Positions 40,917-50,628 of a stretch of 64,000 nt of DNA are shown here, piece by piece. The translations under genes and the position numbers were made by a program. This DNA comes from a virus. The first letter of the stretch is position 1; each line of letters begins with the position of its first letter. The stretch covers positions 5,808 through 69,807 of the IMG/VR virus record IMGVR_UViG_3300021962_000084, one strand, 5' to 3'. Below the pieces are notes generated by a model. It did no database searches. It saw only the letters and a list, made by a program, of their open reading frames with translations, and was not told the origin of the DNA.

Positions 40917-43217
40917 ATGGCAGAAAGAATCGTATCACCTGGCGTATTCACAAGAGAAAATGACCTATCCTTCTTAGCGCAAGGAGTAGGAGAAATTGGA
41001 GCAGCATTCGTAGGACCTTTTAAGCAAGGACCTGCATTCGTTCCAACTATTGTGAGAACACAATCGGAGTTTGAAGAAATCTTCGGAACACCTGACGGAA
41101 CTTATTATACTGAATATGCAGTACAAAACTATCTAAGAGAAGCTGGAACAGCAACAATTGTAAGAGTAGCGGGAATTGGTGGATACCAGCAAGCAGCTCC
41201 TTTAGCAATTATGGCATCTGGTTCTGCTGGATTAGGACAAAAAATGATTGGTGTATTATTTAACACATCAAATGGGTTTCAAACTTTTGGATTTACAGGA
41301 GCAACTATTTCTGATACTTTAGCTAGTTCTGGTTCATTTGCAGTATCTGCATCTGGATTATTCAATAGTGCATCTATTCTTCCATCAGCAACTAATGACC
41401 TTTCTGATGTTTGGGGAGAATCTCCATACGGAACTAAAGCAGCTTATGTATATGCATATTTTGAAGATTCAACTTTAAACTATACAGGTTCAGCTGTAAG
41501 TGAAACTGTAATATCTGCACAAATTCTTCCAACACAAAATTTTGCATTAGATGCAAAAGAAGCTGAAACTCCAATGGTTAAATCTCAAGCAATTTCTGGT
41601 GAAAGATTTGACCTTTTCAAATTTGTAACTTTAGGACATGGTACATTATATAACCAAAAGTTAAAAGTTGGTATTTCTAATGTTAAAGCAGCTGGTGAAG
41701 ATGGTTCAACCGATTATTCAACATTTACTTTAACCATTAGAGGATATTCTGATACCGATAAAAGAAAGACTGTATTAGAAACATATAATAATGTAAACTT
41801 AGACCCATCATCTCCAAACTACATAGCTAAGAGAGTGGGTGATAGATACCTTACAATCGACACATCAGGAAAAATTACTGAAAATGGTGACTATTCAAAC
41901 AAATCAAAATTCGTAAGAGTTGTGGTTTCTGAACCAGGTTCATTCCCAGTATCAGCAGCACCGTTTGGACATGGTGCATATACCAATCCTATTTATTGTG
42001 GTAATGCTACAATAGCTGCTAAAGTTCCTTCGGTTACTTATGTAACAGCATCTGCTAACAATACAGCATCATCTCCAATTTATTATTCTGGATTTGATTT
42101 CACTTCAATTGATAATACTCAATATTTGAAACCAATTCCTGTTGATGCAGAAACTGGAGCAAACGCAGTATTCGCATTTGATTCTCAATTATCATATCAA
42201 ATGACAGGTTCTAAATCTGATGATATGGTTAAGAGACAATTTGTATTAGCATTCCAATTTGGATTTGATGGTACTAATCCAACTATAAAACCTGCTAAAG
42301 CTGGTGAAACTGGTTGGGGTAACTCAAATACGCAAGGATTCAATTGTTCAAACGCATCAGCAAGTGGTTCAGTAGCATACACAAAAGCAATTAATGCTGT
42401 ATCTAATCCTGATGAGTGGGATATTAACTTAGTTGTAACTCCTGGTATTGTTAGAGAACTTCACCCATCTATTACTCAAAAAGTAATTGATATGGTAGAA
42501 GATAGACAAGATTGTTTCTATATTGCTGACTTTACTGATTACAACGCATCAATAACTGTAGCAACTGAACAAGCAGCTGAAGTAGATTCTAACTATGTTG
42601 GTACTTACTTCCCTTGGGTTAAGACAGTGGATAACAACACAAATAAATTAACAACTGTTCCTCCATCAGTTTTACTTCCAGCGGTTTACGCTCAGAACGA
42701 TAGATTGGCGGCAGAATGGTTCGCACCTGCTGGTTTAAATAGAGGTGGTATCATTGGAGCAGTTAGTGTATTGAATAGATTAACACATTCTGAAAGAGAT
42801 ACTCTATATGAGAACAAAGTAAACCCAATCGCAGCATTCCCTGGACAAGGTATTGTAGCATTTGGACAGAAGACATTGCAAGATAAGGCTTCAGCATTAG
42901 ATAGAATCAACGTAAGAAGATTACTTATCAACTTGAAGAAGTTTGTAGCATCTACATCTCGTTTCTTAGTATTTGAACAAAATACTTCAACAACTAGAGC
43001 AAGATTCTTAAACACTGTGAATCCTTACTTAGAGGCAATTCAACAAAGACAAGGGTTATACGCATTCAGAGTTGTAATGGATGAAACCAACAACACACCG
43101 GATGTAATTGATAGAAACATATTAGCAGGACAGATATTCCTACAACCGGCTAAGACAGCTGAATTCATCGTAATTGATTTCAACATCTTACCAACTGGGG
43201 CATCTTTCTCCGCATAA
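40917..43217 (+). CDS. Contractile tail sheath protein (T4 gp18-like)
   Basis: N-terminal SPGVFTREND; C-terminal WFAPAGLNRG, LYENKVNPI, GQKTLQ...SALDRINVRRLL, VFEQN, QPAKTAEFI. Confidence 0.95.
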   Translation: MAERIVSPGVFTRENDLSFLAQGVGEIGAAFVGPFKQGPAFVPTIVRTQSEFEEIFGTPDGTYYTEYAVQNYLREAGTATIVRVAGIGGYQQAAPLAIMASGSAGLGQKMIGVLFNTSNGFQTFGFTGATISDTLASSGSFAVSASGLFNSASILPSATNDLSDVWGESPYGTKAAYVYAYFEDSTLNYTGSAVSETVISAQILPTQNFALDAKEAETPMVKSQAISGERFDLFKFVTLGHGTLYNQKLKVGISNVKAAGEDGSTDYSTFTLTIRGYSDTDKRKTVLETYNNVNLDPSSPNYIAKRVGDRYLTIDTSGKITENGDYSNKSKFVRVVVSEPGSFPVSAAPFGHGAYTNPIYCGNATIAAKVPSVTYVTASANNTASSPIYYSGFDFTSIDNTQYLKPIPVDAETGANAVFAFDSQLSYQMTGSKSDDMVKRQFVLAFQFGFDGTNPTIKPAKAGETGWGNSNTQGFNCSNASASGSVAYTKAINAVSNPDEWDINLVVTPGIVRELHPSITQKVIDMVEDRQDCFYIADFTDYNASITVATEQAAEVDSNYVGTYFPWVKTVDNNTNKLTTVPPSVLLPAVYAQNDRLAAEWFAPAGLNRGGIIGAVSVLNRLTHSERDTLYENKVNPIAAFPGQGIVAFGQKTLQDKASALDRINVRRLLINLKKFVASTSRFLVFEQNTSTTRARFLNTVNPYLEAIQQRQGLYAFRVVMDETNNTPDVIDRNILAGQIFLQPAKTAEFIVIDFNILPTGASFSA

Positions 43218-43270
43218 TATGAAAACAAAGTAAGGTAATATTTATTAATATAAAATAAAAGGGAAACAAA

Positions 43271-43759
43271 ATGGCAGAAATATTAGAGTTTGACAAGATG
43301 TTCTATACGAACTTCGAACCTAAAATGAAGAATCGCTATATTATGGAGTGGGACGGTGTTCCTGGCTACATGGTAAAAGCAGCGGCAAGACCTTCAATTC
43401 AATTTGAAAAGGTAACTTTAGACCACATAAACATAAAAAGACAATTGCAAGGTAAAGGTGAGTGGCAAGATATTACTGTTACCCTTTATGACCCAATTGT
43501 ACCATCAGCAGCTCAATCTGTTATGGAGTGGGTACGTTTAGGTCATGAATCAATTACTGGTAGACGTGGATATGCGGACTTCTATAAAAAAGATATAGAT
43601 TTCTATATGTTAGGTCCTGTTGGTGATAAAATTGAGCAGTGGAAAATAAAAGGTGCATTTATCACATCAGCTAACTTTGGAGATGTTGCATTTGATTCTA
43701 ACGAACCTGCAACAATCGAATTAACATTAGCTTACGATTACGCAATCTTAGAATTCTAA
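43271..43759 (+). CDS. Tail tube protein (T4 gp19-like)
   Basis: FEPKMKNRY, W.DITVTLYDPI, W.IKGAF, LTLAYDYA motifs; directly after the sheath gene. Confidence 0.9.
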   Translation: MAEILEFDKMFYTNFEPKMKNRYIMEWDGVPGYMVKAAARPSIQFEKVTLDHINIKRQLQGKGEWQDITVTLYDPIVPSAAQSVMEWVRLGHESITGRRGYADFYKKDIDFYMLGPVGDKIEQWKIKGAFITSANFGDVAFDSNEPATIELTLAYDYAILEF

Positions 43760-43790
43760 AAATATTCCTTACGGAAGCTACCGAAGGACA

Positions 43791-43819
43791 ACCCTCATCA
43801 GAAATGGTGGGGGTTTTTT
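43791..43819 (+). terminator. Rho-independent terminator
   Basis: ACCCTCATCA-GAAA-TGGTGGGGGT forms a 10-bp stem (two G-U pairs) with a GNRA loop, followed by a T tract. Confidence 0.85.
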
Positions 43820-43843
43820 ATTTCTAATTTTTTTGTTTTTATG

Positions 43844-43851
43844 TATTTATA
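43844..43851 (+). promoter_or_regulatory. TATTTATA motif, putative late promoter
   Basis: After the terminator and 26 nt before the ATG at 43878. Confidence 0.6.
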
Positions 43852-43877
43852 TATACAAACAAAAACATATAAAAGTT

Positions 43878-44690
43878 ATGGCAGAAGTTAATATTACGCA
43901 ACAACCATCTACTCCAAAAGTAGATAATAGAAAATTTGAATTCCCAACCGAAACAATCGAATTACCATCGAAAGGGTTGGGTTATCCAGAATCACACCCT
44001 TTAAAGAAAGGTACAATTGAATTAAAATATATGACAGCAAGAGAAGAAGATATTCTTGCTAACCAAAGTCTTATCAAAAAAGGTATGGTATTGGATAAGT
44101 TATTTGAATCAGTAGTAGTTGAGCCTGGTGTAAATCCAAACGATATATTGGTTGGTGATAAGAATGCAATCTTAATGGCTACTCGTATTTTAGCCTATGG
44201 ACCTGAATATGACGTAGAAATTACTGACCCATTTACATACGAAAAACAAAAAGAGATAATTGATTTATCAAAAGTACAAACTAAAGATATTAATGAATCT
44301 CTTTTAAATTCATCTAATAAATATAAATTCACATTACCGGTAAGTGGTAAAGAAATTGAATTTAAATTATTAACGCATGGTGATGAGCAGGAGATTAATA
44401 GAGAGTTACAAGCTTTGGAAAAATTAAATAAAAATAGTGGGGCATCATTTGATGTTACAACTCGTTTAAAATATATGATTGTATCAGTTGATGGAAATTC
44501 TGATAGAGGGTATATTAATAAATTTGTAATGAATGAATTTTTAGCAAAAGATACAAAATCATTTAGAGCCTATGTAAGAGAAATAAGTCCTGATTTGGAT
44601 ATGAAATTTACATTTACATCTAATATAACAGGTGAGACGGAGGCACTTGATATACCATTTGGGATTGGCTTTTTTTACCCTACCACCTGA
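43878..44690 (+). CDS. Baseplate hub assembly / tail assembly chaperone (T4 gp26-like); start revised to 43878
   Basis: IELPSKG..Y, KYMTAREEDIL, GDKNAILMATRILAYG, LPVSGK motifs. The track start at 43833 runs through the promoter motif; ATG 43878 has an A-rich leader. Confidence 0.75.
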   Translation: MAEVNITQQPSTPKVDNRKFEFPTETIELPSKGLGYPESHPLKKGTIELKYMTAREEDILANQSLIKKGMVLDKLFESVVVEPGVNPNDILVGDKNAILMATRILAYGPEYDVEITDPFTYEKQKEIIDLSKVQTKDINESLLNSSNKYKFTLPVSGKEIEFKLLTHGDEQEINRELQALEKLNKNSGASFDVTTRLKYMIVSVDGNSDRGYINKFVMNEFLAKDTKSFRAYVREISPDLDMKFTFTSNITGETEALDIPFGIGFFYPTT

Positions 44691-44889
44691 TTATAGAACC
44701 CAACTACATTCGCAGATTTGGGATATGGTTCAACATGGTAATGGATTTACTTGGTCAGATGTTTACTTCATGCCAACTTATCTTAGAAGATTCTATTTTA
44801 ATAAATTAGTAGATTTGAAGAAAAAAGAGGCTGACGAAATAAAAAAAGCAAAAGCAAAAACAAAAACACCTAAAGTGAGGATACGATAA
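44671..44889 (+). CDS. Tail chaperone C-terminal extension, probably reached by a programmed frameshift at T7 (44670-44676)
   Basis: The +1 frame reads FFTLPPDYR...GFTWSDVYFMPTYLRRFY. It lacks a convincing start of its own, overlaps the end of the upstream gene and lies shortly before the tape measure gene. Confidence 0.6.
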   Translation, partial: FFTLPPDYRTQLHSQIWDMVQHGNGFTWSDVYFMPTYLRRFYFNKLVDLKKKEADEIKKAKAKTKTPKVRIR

Positions 44890-44904
44890 TCCTCACTTTT
44901 TGTT
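44872..44904 (+). terminator. Intrinsic terminator
   Basis: Perfect 11-bp stem AAAGTGAGGAT / ATCCTCACTTT with a 6-nt loop and T-rich tail; overlaps the stop codon at 44887-44889. Confidence 0.75.
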
Positions 44905-44912
44905 TACTTGAA

Positions 44913-44920
44913 TATTTATA
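44913..44920 (+). promoter_or_regulatory. TATTTATA motif, putative late promoter
   Basis: After the terminator and upstream of the ATG at 44940. Confidence 0.6.
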
Positions 44921-44939
44921 CAATATAAATAAGAAAACT

Positions 44940-45155
44940 ATGTCTAAGCAAATACAAAAAGAAGGATTATTTGGCGCAGCTTCAAATTTTGTTAATTCAT
45001 TTTTTGATGGATTAAAAGCCAATACAACAAATAAAGCATTGGAAAAGGCAAGACAAAATCAACTTCCACAGGATATAGTAGATATTATGGCTAAAATTCA
45101 AGCAGATAGTGATAAACTACGTGACGAAATAAAAAAATATAGCAAATATAAATAA
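44940..45155 (+). CDS. Hypothetical protein
   Basis: 71-aa ORF with an A-rich leader that fills the gap before the tape measure gene. Confidence 0.6.
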   Translation: MSKQIQKEGLFGAASNFVNSFFDGLKANTTNKALEKARQNQLPQDIVDIMAKIQADSDKLRDEIKKYSKYK

Positions 45156-45163
45156 TAATATCT

Positions 45164-47728
45164 GTGGAAAGAGATAGAGTAGAACTACTAAGAACGATTG
45201 CGGAATTAAAAGTAAATGAAGAAACTTTACAAAGAAGTATAAATGCGGGTGCCGCTGGTCTAAATGTTCATCTACAAACTCAAAGAAGATTAATTGCCGA
45301 AGCAGCAGAAGAATTAAAAAAAGTAAATAAAGAACGATTACAAGGATATAAAGCTCAAGAAGACCAAAACAAATCGTTGGGTTCTATGTACAAATCTTTA
45401 TCAGATTTGGAACAAAGAAGAATGATACAAACTATTGCAAGTGACTCAATAACTACTGACCAGGAGAAAACTTTAAATAGAATGGCGGAAATAAATAGGG
45501 ATTTAGCCCAAACAAGCATTTCCGATGTAGTTGCAAAACAATCCTTAAATGAAGAATATAAAGATTTATTAGATTCATTGAATGGTGTTCAAGGAATAGA
45601 CCAGCAAATACTTGATAATTTAGATGCTCAAAATAGATTGGCTGAAAATTACTCTAATATGACAGATGGTCAAAAAGAGCAATTGAAAGCACAATTGGAT
45701 GTTTATGATGGTATTAATAAAGCTCTTTATGGTATATTAGATACCGCAGCAACACTAACATCTGGTCCTGCTGGATTTTTTGGTACTGTTTTAATTGGCG
45801 CAGGTATGTTGGCCAATAAAATGGGAGAAGTTCGTTCTCAATTAGGTGGTCTAAGTGAAGCTGGTACAACCGCTTTAGCATTTTTAGATGATAATGCAGT
45901 AGCTAATGCAAAGGAATTAGCGGCCCAATTTGGTGGTATGAATAATGTTTCTGGAGAATTGCAAGCTTCAATTTCATTAATATCGGCAAATATGGGTATT
46001 AGTGGTGTTGAAGCAGCATCATTAGCAGGTTCATTTGCAAGATTAAATGATGGTAGTGAAGAAACAGCACTAAACCTAACAAAAGCAACGCAAGAATTTG
46101 CAATGCAAAATGGAATAATACCATCTGATTTAATGGCTGATTTAGCAAATTCAGCAGAAGAATTTGCATTATTTGGAAAAGATGGTGGTAAGAATATAAT
46201 TGCAGCAGGTGCGGCAGCTAAGAAGATGGGTGTTGATTTAAAAACAATGTCCGGAATTGCTGACAACCTTCTTGATTTTGAAACATCTATTACAAAGGAG
46301 TTGGAATTAGGTGCTTTATTGGGTAAAGATATTAATTTGGATAAAGCTAGACAATTGGCTTATTCTGGTGATATAGCTGGTGCAACTAAAGAAACATTAA
46401 GTGCGTTGGGTGGTATCGATGGATTTAATCAAATGGATTACTACTCAAAGAAAGCAACTGCAGAATTATTAGGTACTTCCGTAGCTGAACTTCAAAAGAT
46501 GGTTAGTGCTGAAGAAGAAGCTGCAAGAATGGCAGGTACTATTGGTGGACAATTCAGTTTAGCTGGTGAAGCCATAGATGCTGGATTAAACAAATATTTG
46601 GGTACATCATTAGAAGCTTTAGGTGGTATGGTGATGGCTGGTGCACAATTAGGTGGTTCTTTTGCACAAATGGGATTTGATGTAAAAGGTATGGCATCCA
46701 AAATACCAATTATAGGTAGATTATTTGGTGGAGGTGGAGCAGCACCATCTCCAATTCCAAGTCCAGCACCCGGTCCTGGTGGAGGTCCAATCCCACCTGT
46801 TCCTGAAGGAGGTGGTGGTGGATTAACAAGTTTAGCAGCAGGATTGAAAGAAATGGGTAGTGCAAAAGTTTTATTTGGAGCACTAAACCTTATACCTACT
46901 GCAGCTGGATTAGCTCTTATGGTTATTGGTATTCCATCAATGATGGCGCTTGGTGCATTTGGTGCTAATGCCGGTATTGGTTTGGAATTTATTGGAATTG
47001 GTTTACAAGCTATGGGAACTGGTACTGCGTTTGTTGGCGCATTAACATTATCTGTTGCAGCTGCTGGGTTTGCTTTAATGACTGCTGGAGCAATTGGATT
47101 GGCAGCTGTTGCATTAGGTGGTGTTGGTGCTGGAATTGGATTAAGTGCTTTGGCCGCGGGATTAACAGCAATAGGTACAGCTGCAGCAACAGGTCTTCCA
47201 TTCTTAGGCGTTGCTTTAATTGCGGCATTTGGTGTATCTTTAATACCTTTAACATTTGCTTTGAGTTTACTAGCACCGCTTGTTACCTCAATTGGAAATG
47301 TAATTGTAGGTGTTATAACAGCAGTTGCTGGTGGTATTTCAACAATAATTGGTAGTATAGCACAATTTATGACACAAGTACTTCCATTGTTTAGTTTAGA
47401 AAATGCAGCTGGTTTATTGGCAATGGCTGCTGGATTTGGAGCATTATCATTATCATTGATGGGATTTGCTATGGCATCGATTATGGCTATTCCTGGTATG
47501 ATTGCCGTTGGTGCATTCTTAGCATTGGGTGGTGGTGAGTTATTAGGAGGTGGTGGTGAAGGTGGCGAAGCTGGTGGGTCTGATATGGACGAGTTAATAA
47601 ATGAAATTAAAGGGCTGAGAGCAGATTTAAATGCAGGTAAAATAGCAGTTAATATGGATGGCGCAAGTGTTACAGCAAGAGTATCATCTTATGTTGATAG
47701 AAGTAATAAAAATTCATACGCTAAATAA
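45164..47728 (+). CDS. Tape measure protein
   Basis: Coiled-coil N-terminus, LLDFETSI..ELE...LLGK.INLDKARQLA motif, Pro-rich hinge and a long Ala/Gly/Leu hydrophobic C-terminal half; position after tube and chaperone genes. Confidence 0.8.
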   Translation: MERDRVELLRTIAELKVNEETLQRSINAGAAGLNVHLQTQRRLIAEAAEELKKVNKERLQGYKAQEDQNKSLGSMYKSLSDLEQRRMIQTIASDSITTDQEKTLNRMAEINRDLAQTSISDVVAKQSLNEEYKDLLDSLNGVQGIDQQILDNLDAQNRLAENYSNMTDGQKEQLKAQLDVYDGINKALYGILDTAATLTSGPAGFFGTVLIGAGMLANKMGEVRSQLGGLSEAGTTALAFLDDNAVANAKELAAQFGGMNNVSGELQASISLISANMGISGVEAASLAGSFARLNDGSEETALNLTKATQEFAMQNGIIPSDLMADLANSAEEFALFGKDGGKNIIAAGAAAKKMGVDLKTMSGIADNLLDFETSITKELELGALLGKDINLDKARQLAYSGDIAGATKETLSALGGIDGFNQMDYYSKKATAELLGTSVAELQKMVSAEEEAARMAGTIGGQFSLAGEAIDAGLNKYLGTSLEALGGMVMAGAQLGGSFAQMGFDVKGMASKIPIIGRLFGGGGAAPSPIPSPAPGPGGGPIPPVPEGGGGGLTSLAAGLKEMGSAKVLFGALNLIPTAAGLALMVIGIPSMMALGAFGANAGIGLEFIGIGLQAMGTGTAFVGALTLSVAAAGFALMTAGAIGLAAVALGGVGAGIGLSALAAGLTAIGTAAATGLPFLGVALIAAFGVSLIPLTFALSLLAPLVTSIGNVIVGVITAVAGGISTIIGSIAQFMTQVLPLFSLENAAGLLAMAAGFGALSLSLMGFAMASIMAIPGMIAVGAFLALGGGELLGGGGEGGEAGGSDMDELINEIKGLRADLNAGKIAVNMDGASVTARVSSYVDRSNKNSYAK

Positions 47729-50310
47729 TGGGTAGAAGTATAGAAGACTTATTTAAGAAGAAAATTTTACAAAATGGGCAAACTGCTCAAGTAAAATATG
47801 ATATTCGTAATAGTAAAGATGCACCGATAACACCAGCTATTGGAGGATTAAATCTTTCATTTAAAGCAGCTACTGAAGTAAGAAGAAAGTTATCAACAAG
47901 GATAGGTGAAAGTAGATTAGAACAGGAAGTAACAGGTGTAAGAATTATCAATAAACTATCAGCTCCTATAATTTATGGAACTGCAATTACTAAATTGACA
48001 ACTCAAAAGACAGATATGGTTGTCTTTATGAAAGATTCTGTAAATCCAGAAGGAGTATCTTCTGGTGGTTTGGTAGGTGGTACTATACAAAAAATAAAAC
48101 AAATTGGTGAAAACGCACTAACTACACTTGGGGTAAAACTACCAGGTGATATTATTCCAAGCAAAATTGTAATAAATTCTGATTTTAAAGGTAGTAGTGA
48201 ACCAGATATAATGATAACCCTTGCTAAAATTAGAAATGATGCAAAGGGAAATTTTGTAGGAAACTTATTAAAAAATAGTTTAAGAGGTACTCCTAAGCAA
48301 ATTGGAAATGCAATTGTAGGAAATTTAGTAGAAAGTGGAAAAAATGCTTTACGTGATTTATTATTTGGTTCACCAAATCCAACTACTCAAAACTTAGCAA
48401 GAAATAATAATGGTTCTGGATTATACTCAAGTGCTAAAAATTATTCAACAACTATTGATTTAAAAAATACCGATGTAAATTTAAGGTATGATTTATCAAC
48501 ATTATATAAATTAATTGAAGAAGGAAAGGTATCCCCTCCAAGTGTAGCGCAAGCACAAGTAAATAAGCTATCCCAACCAGTACCACCGGTTAGTTCCGAA
48601 ATTAAAACACCATTTGGAAATTTAAATAATCCGTTTGCTAAATTCCAAAACAAGTTTAAAGAACAAAAAGAAAATGTTGTAGGTAAATTAGCTGGAGCTA
48701 GAAAATTGGGTCAACAAGCTATATCAAACGGCACATCAAAAATAGGTTCACTTAATATACCTGGAGTAAAAATTCCAAATATAAATTTAGGTGATGGGGT
48801 ATCCGTACCATCGGCATCTCCTATTATATCAAATGCAGAACAATCTACAATTACCTATTCTGGAACTGTTGATGAAACTCAAGATGATATAGCTTTAAGA
48901 AATGATTTATCATCTGTATTGATGAATTTGGATGAAGCATCTCAAAGATTGAAATTTAATGTTGGTACTGGTGTTCCTGTTGATAGACGTGCATTTTCTA
49001 AATCATATTCTCAAATTAAAAATTTCGAAGTAAATCCAAAAGTAACTTTAAAAACTAAATTGGGTATTGAATCATCTGAAAGAATGGATTTTTTGAATGA
49101 AAAAACCCAATATACACCAAATAAAGGAACTAGTTTACAATTAGCAGATGGTACTGTTTTGGATGATTATGATTTTGTTACATTAAAGTTCAGGTCATTA
49201 TCATCTGGCCTTGCTGTAAATTTTAGAGCAACTATTACTGGATTAAGTGAATCAACAACACCATCTTGGGATAGTGCACAATTTATTGGTTCTCCATTTA
49301 AATACTACACTTATAGTGGTATTGAAAGAAGTGTAACATTTAATTTTAAAGTTTACTCAACAACACCATTACAACACGTTGCTGCATGGCAGAGATTAAA
49401 CTTTCTAACATCGTTAGCATATCCACAAGGTTATGCTGGTGGTATTGGTGTTAGGGCACCATTCTTACAATTTACTTTGGGAAATATGTATAAAGATAGG
49501 GCTTGCTATATTGATAGTTTAAGTTATGGGATTGACGATAATACTCCTTGGCATGTTGGATTTACTGAAGCATCTGGTTTAGCGGATGATTCTAAATTTA
49601 ATATTAATGGAGAAGAAACTTCATTAGATAATTACATATTACCAAAAATTGTTGATGTATCCATTACTCTTAAACTTGTTGAGCAGAGAAGTAATACTGA
49701 AGCTGGGTATCTATATGGATTTGATAAGTTACCAAGAGTTAATATAAATAGTAAACTACTTAGTCAAGAACAAACATCTAAGAATTCTCAAATAGCTGGT
49801 AATATTAACAACGCTAATGGAATATTAGCAAATTCAATAGCAGATAATCCAAAAACAGAAAATAATAAGGAATTAACAAACGCAGCTTCACAAACAAGCT
49901 TAATACCTGCATCTGCGGCTAATAGAATAACTTCTGTAATTGCTGGTGGAGCTTCTTCAACTAATATTGGTTTCTTAGGATTATCAAGTAATTTTAAAGC
50001 ACCTAATGGTGGTATAAATCCTATTGCTGGTATTGCTCCATTTAAAACATCATTCGAGCCATTCAAAGCTAATAATTTTGGAAATTTCTCATCTGTTAAA
50101 TTTAAGAGTTTCGATAGTATCTTTAATACACCAACAACTGCTGCAGCATCATCTGGTGTTCCAACAGCTGGTGGATTAAAGGTAAATCCACCACTTCTAA
50201 TGCCAGAACAACCTGCGTTTTCAACAGCAAATCTTATGAATAATTTAAATTTCAATACATCTAAATTAGGTGCTGATAAATTTAAAATACCATTCAAATT
50301 GGGAGGATAA
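47728..50310 (+). CDS. Baseplate / tube-initiator-like protein
   Basis: Central FRATITGLSES..PSW...YTYSGIERSVTFNFKV...LNFL.SL.YP...PFL.FTLG domain resembles tube-fold baseplate proteins; follows the tape measure gene. Confidence 0.6.
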   Translation: MGRSIEDLFKKKILQNGQTAQVKYDIRNSKDAPITPAIGGLNLSFKAATEVRRKLSTRIGESRLEQEVTGVRIINKLSAPIIYGTAITKLTTQKTDMVVFMKDSVNPEGVSSGGLVGGTIQKIKQIGENALTTLGVKLPGDIIPSKIVINSDFKGSSEPDIMITLAKIRNDAKGNFVGNLLKNSLRGTPKQIGNAIVGNLVESGKNALRDLLFGSPNPTTQNLARNNNGSGLYSSAKNYSTTIDLKNTDVNLRYDLSTLYKLIEEGKVSPPSVAQAQVNKLSQPVPPVSSEIKTPFGNLNNPFAKFQNKFKEQKENVVGKLAGARKLGQQAISNGTSKIGSLNIPGVKIPNINLGDGVSVPSASPIISNAEQSTITYSGTVDETQDDIALRNDLSSVLMNLDEASQRLKFNVGTGVPVDRRAFSKSYSQIKNFEVNPKVTLKTKLGIESSERMDFLNEKTQYTPNKGTSLQLADGTVLDDYDFVTLKFRSLSSGLAVNFRATITGLSESTTPSWDSAQFIGSPFKYYTYSGIERSVTFNFKVYSTTPLQHVAAWQRLNFLTSLAYPQGYAGGIGVRAPFLQFTLGNMYKDRACYIDSLSYGIDDNTPWHVGFTEASGLADDSKFNINGEETSLDNYILPKIVDVSITLKLVEQRSNTEAGYLYGFDKLPRVNINSKLLSQEQTSKNSQIAGNINNANGILANSIADNPKTENNKELTNAASQTSLIPASAANRITSVIAGGASSTNIGFLGLSSNFKAPNGGINPIAGIAPFKTSFEPFKANNFGNFSSVKFKSFDSIFNTPTTAAASSGVPTAGGLKVNPPLLMPEQPAFSTANLMNNLNFNTSKLGADKFKIPFKLGG

Positions 50311-50334
50311 TTATTTTAAATTATATTTAATAAT

Positions 50335-50625
50335 ATGGATAGTAGATATGAAAATAATGAAAAGAAAAAAACTTTTGATGGTAAAGAGGTTTTAAGAAGT
50401 AGAATATATCCCAATATACCATTGAGAGATGATGATATATATGTAATGACGGAAACTGGAGACCGTTTGGATACCTTAGCTTGGCAATATTATGAGAACC
50501 CAACTTTTTGGTGGATTATAGCAGCAGCTAATAATATACACGATGCTCCATTAGGATTAAAAGATGGAACAATATTAAGAATACCACAAAACTATTTAGC
50601 AATATTAACAGAATTTTCAAATTAA
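50335..50625 (+). CDS. LysM-like baseplate wedge protein (gp53/tail X-like)
   Basis: GDRLDTLAWQYY.NP..WWIIAAANNI...G..LRIP. Confidence 0.8.
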   Translation: MDSRYENNEKKKTFDGKEVLRSRIYPNIPLRDDDIYVMTETGDRLDTLAWQYYENPTFWWIIAAANNIHDAPLGLKDGTILRIPQNYLAILTEFSN

Positions 50626-50628
50626 TTT

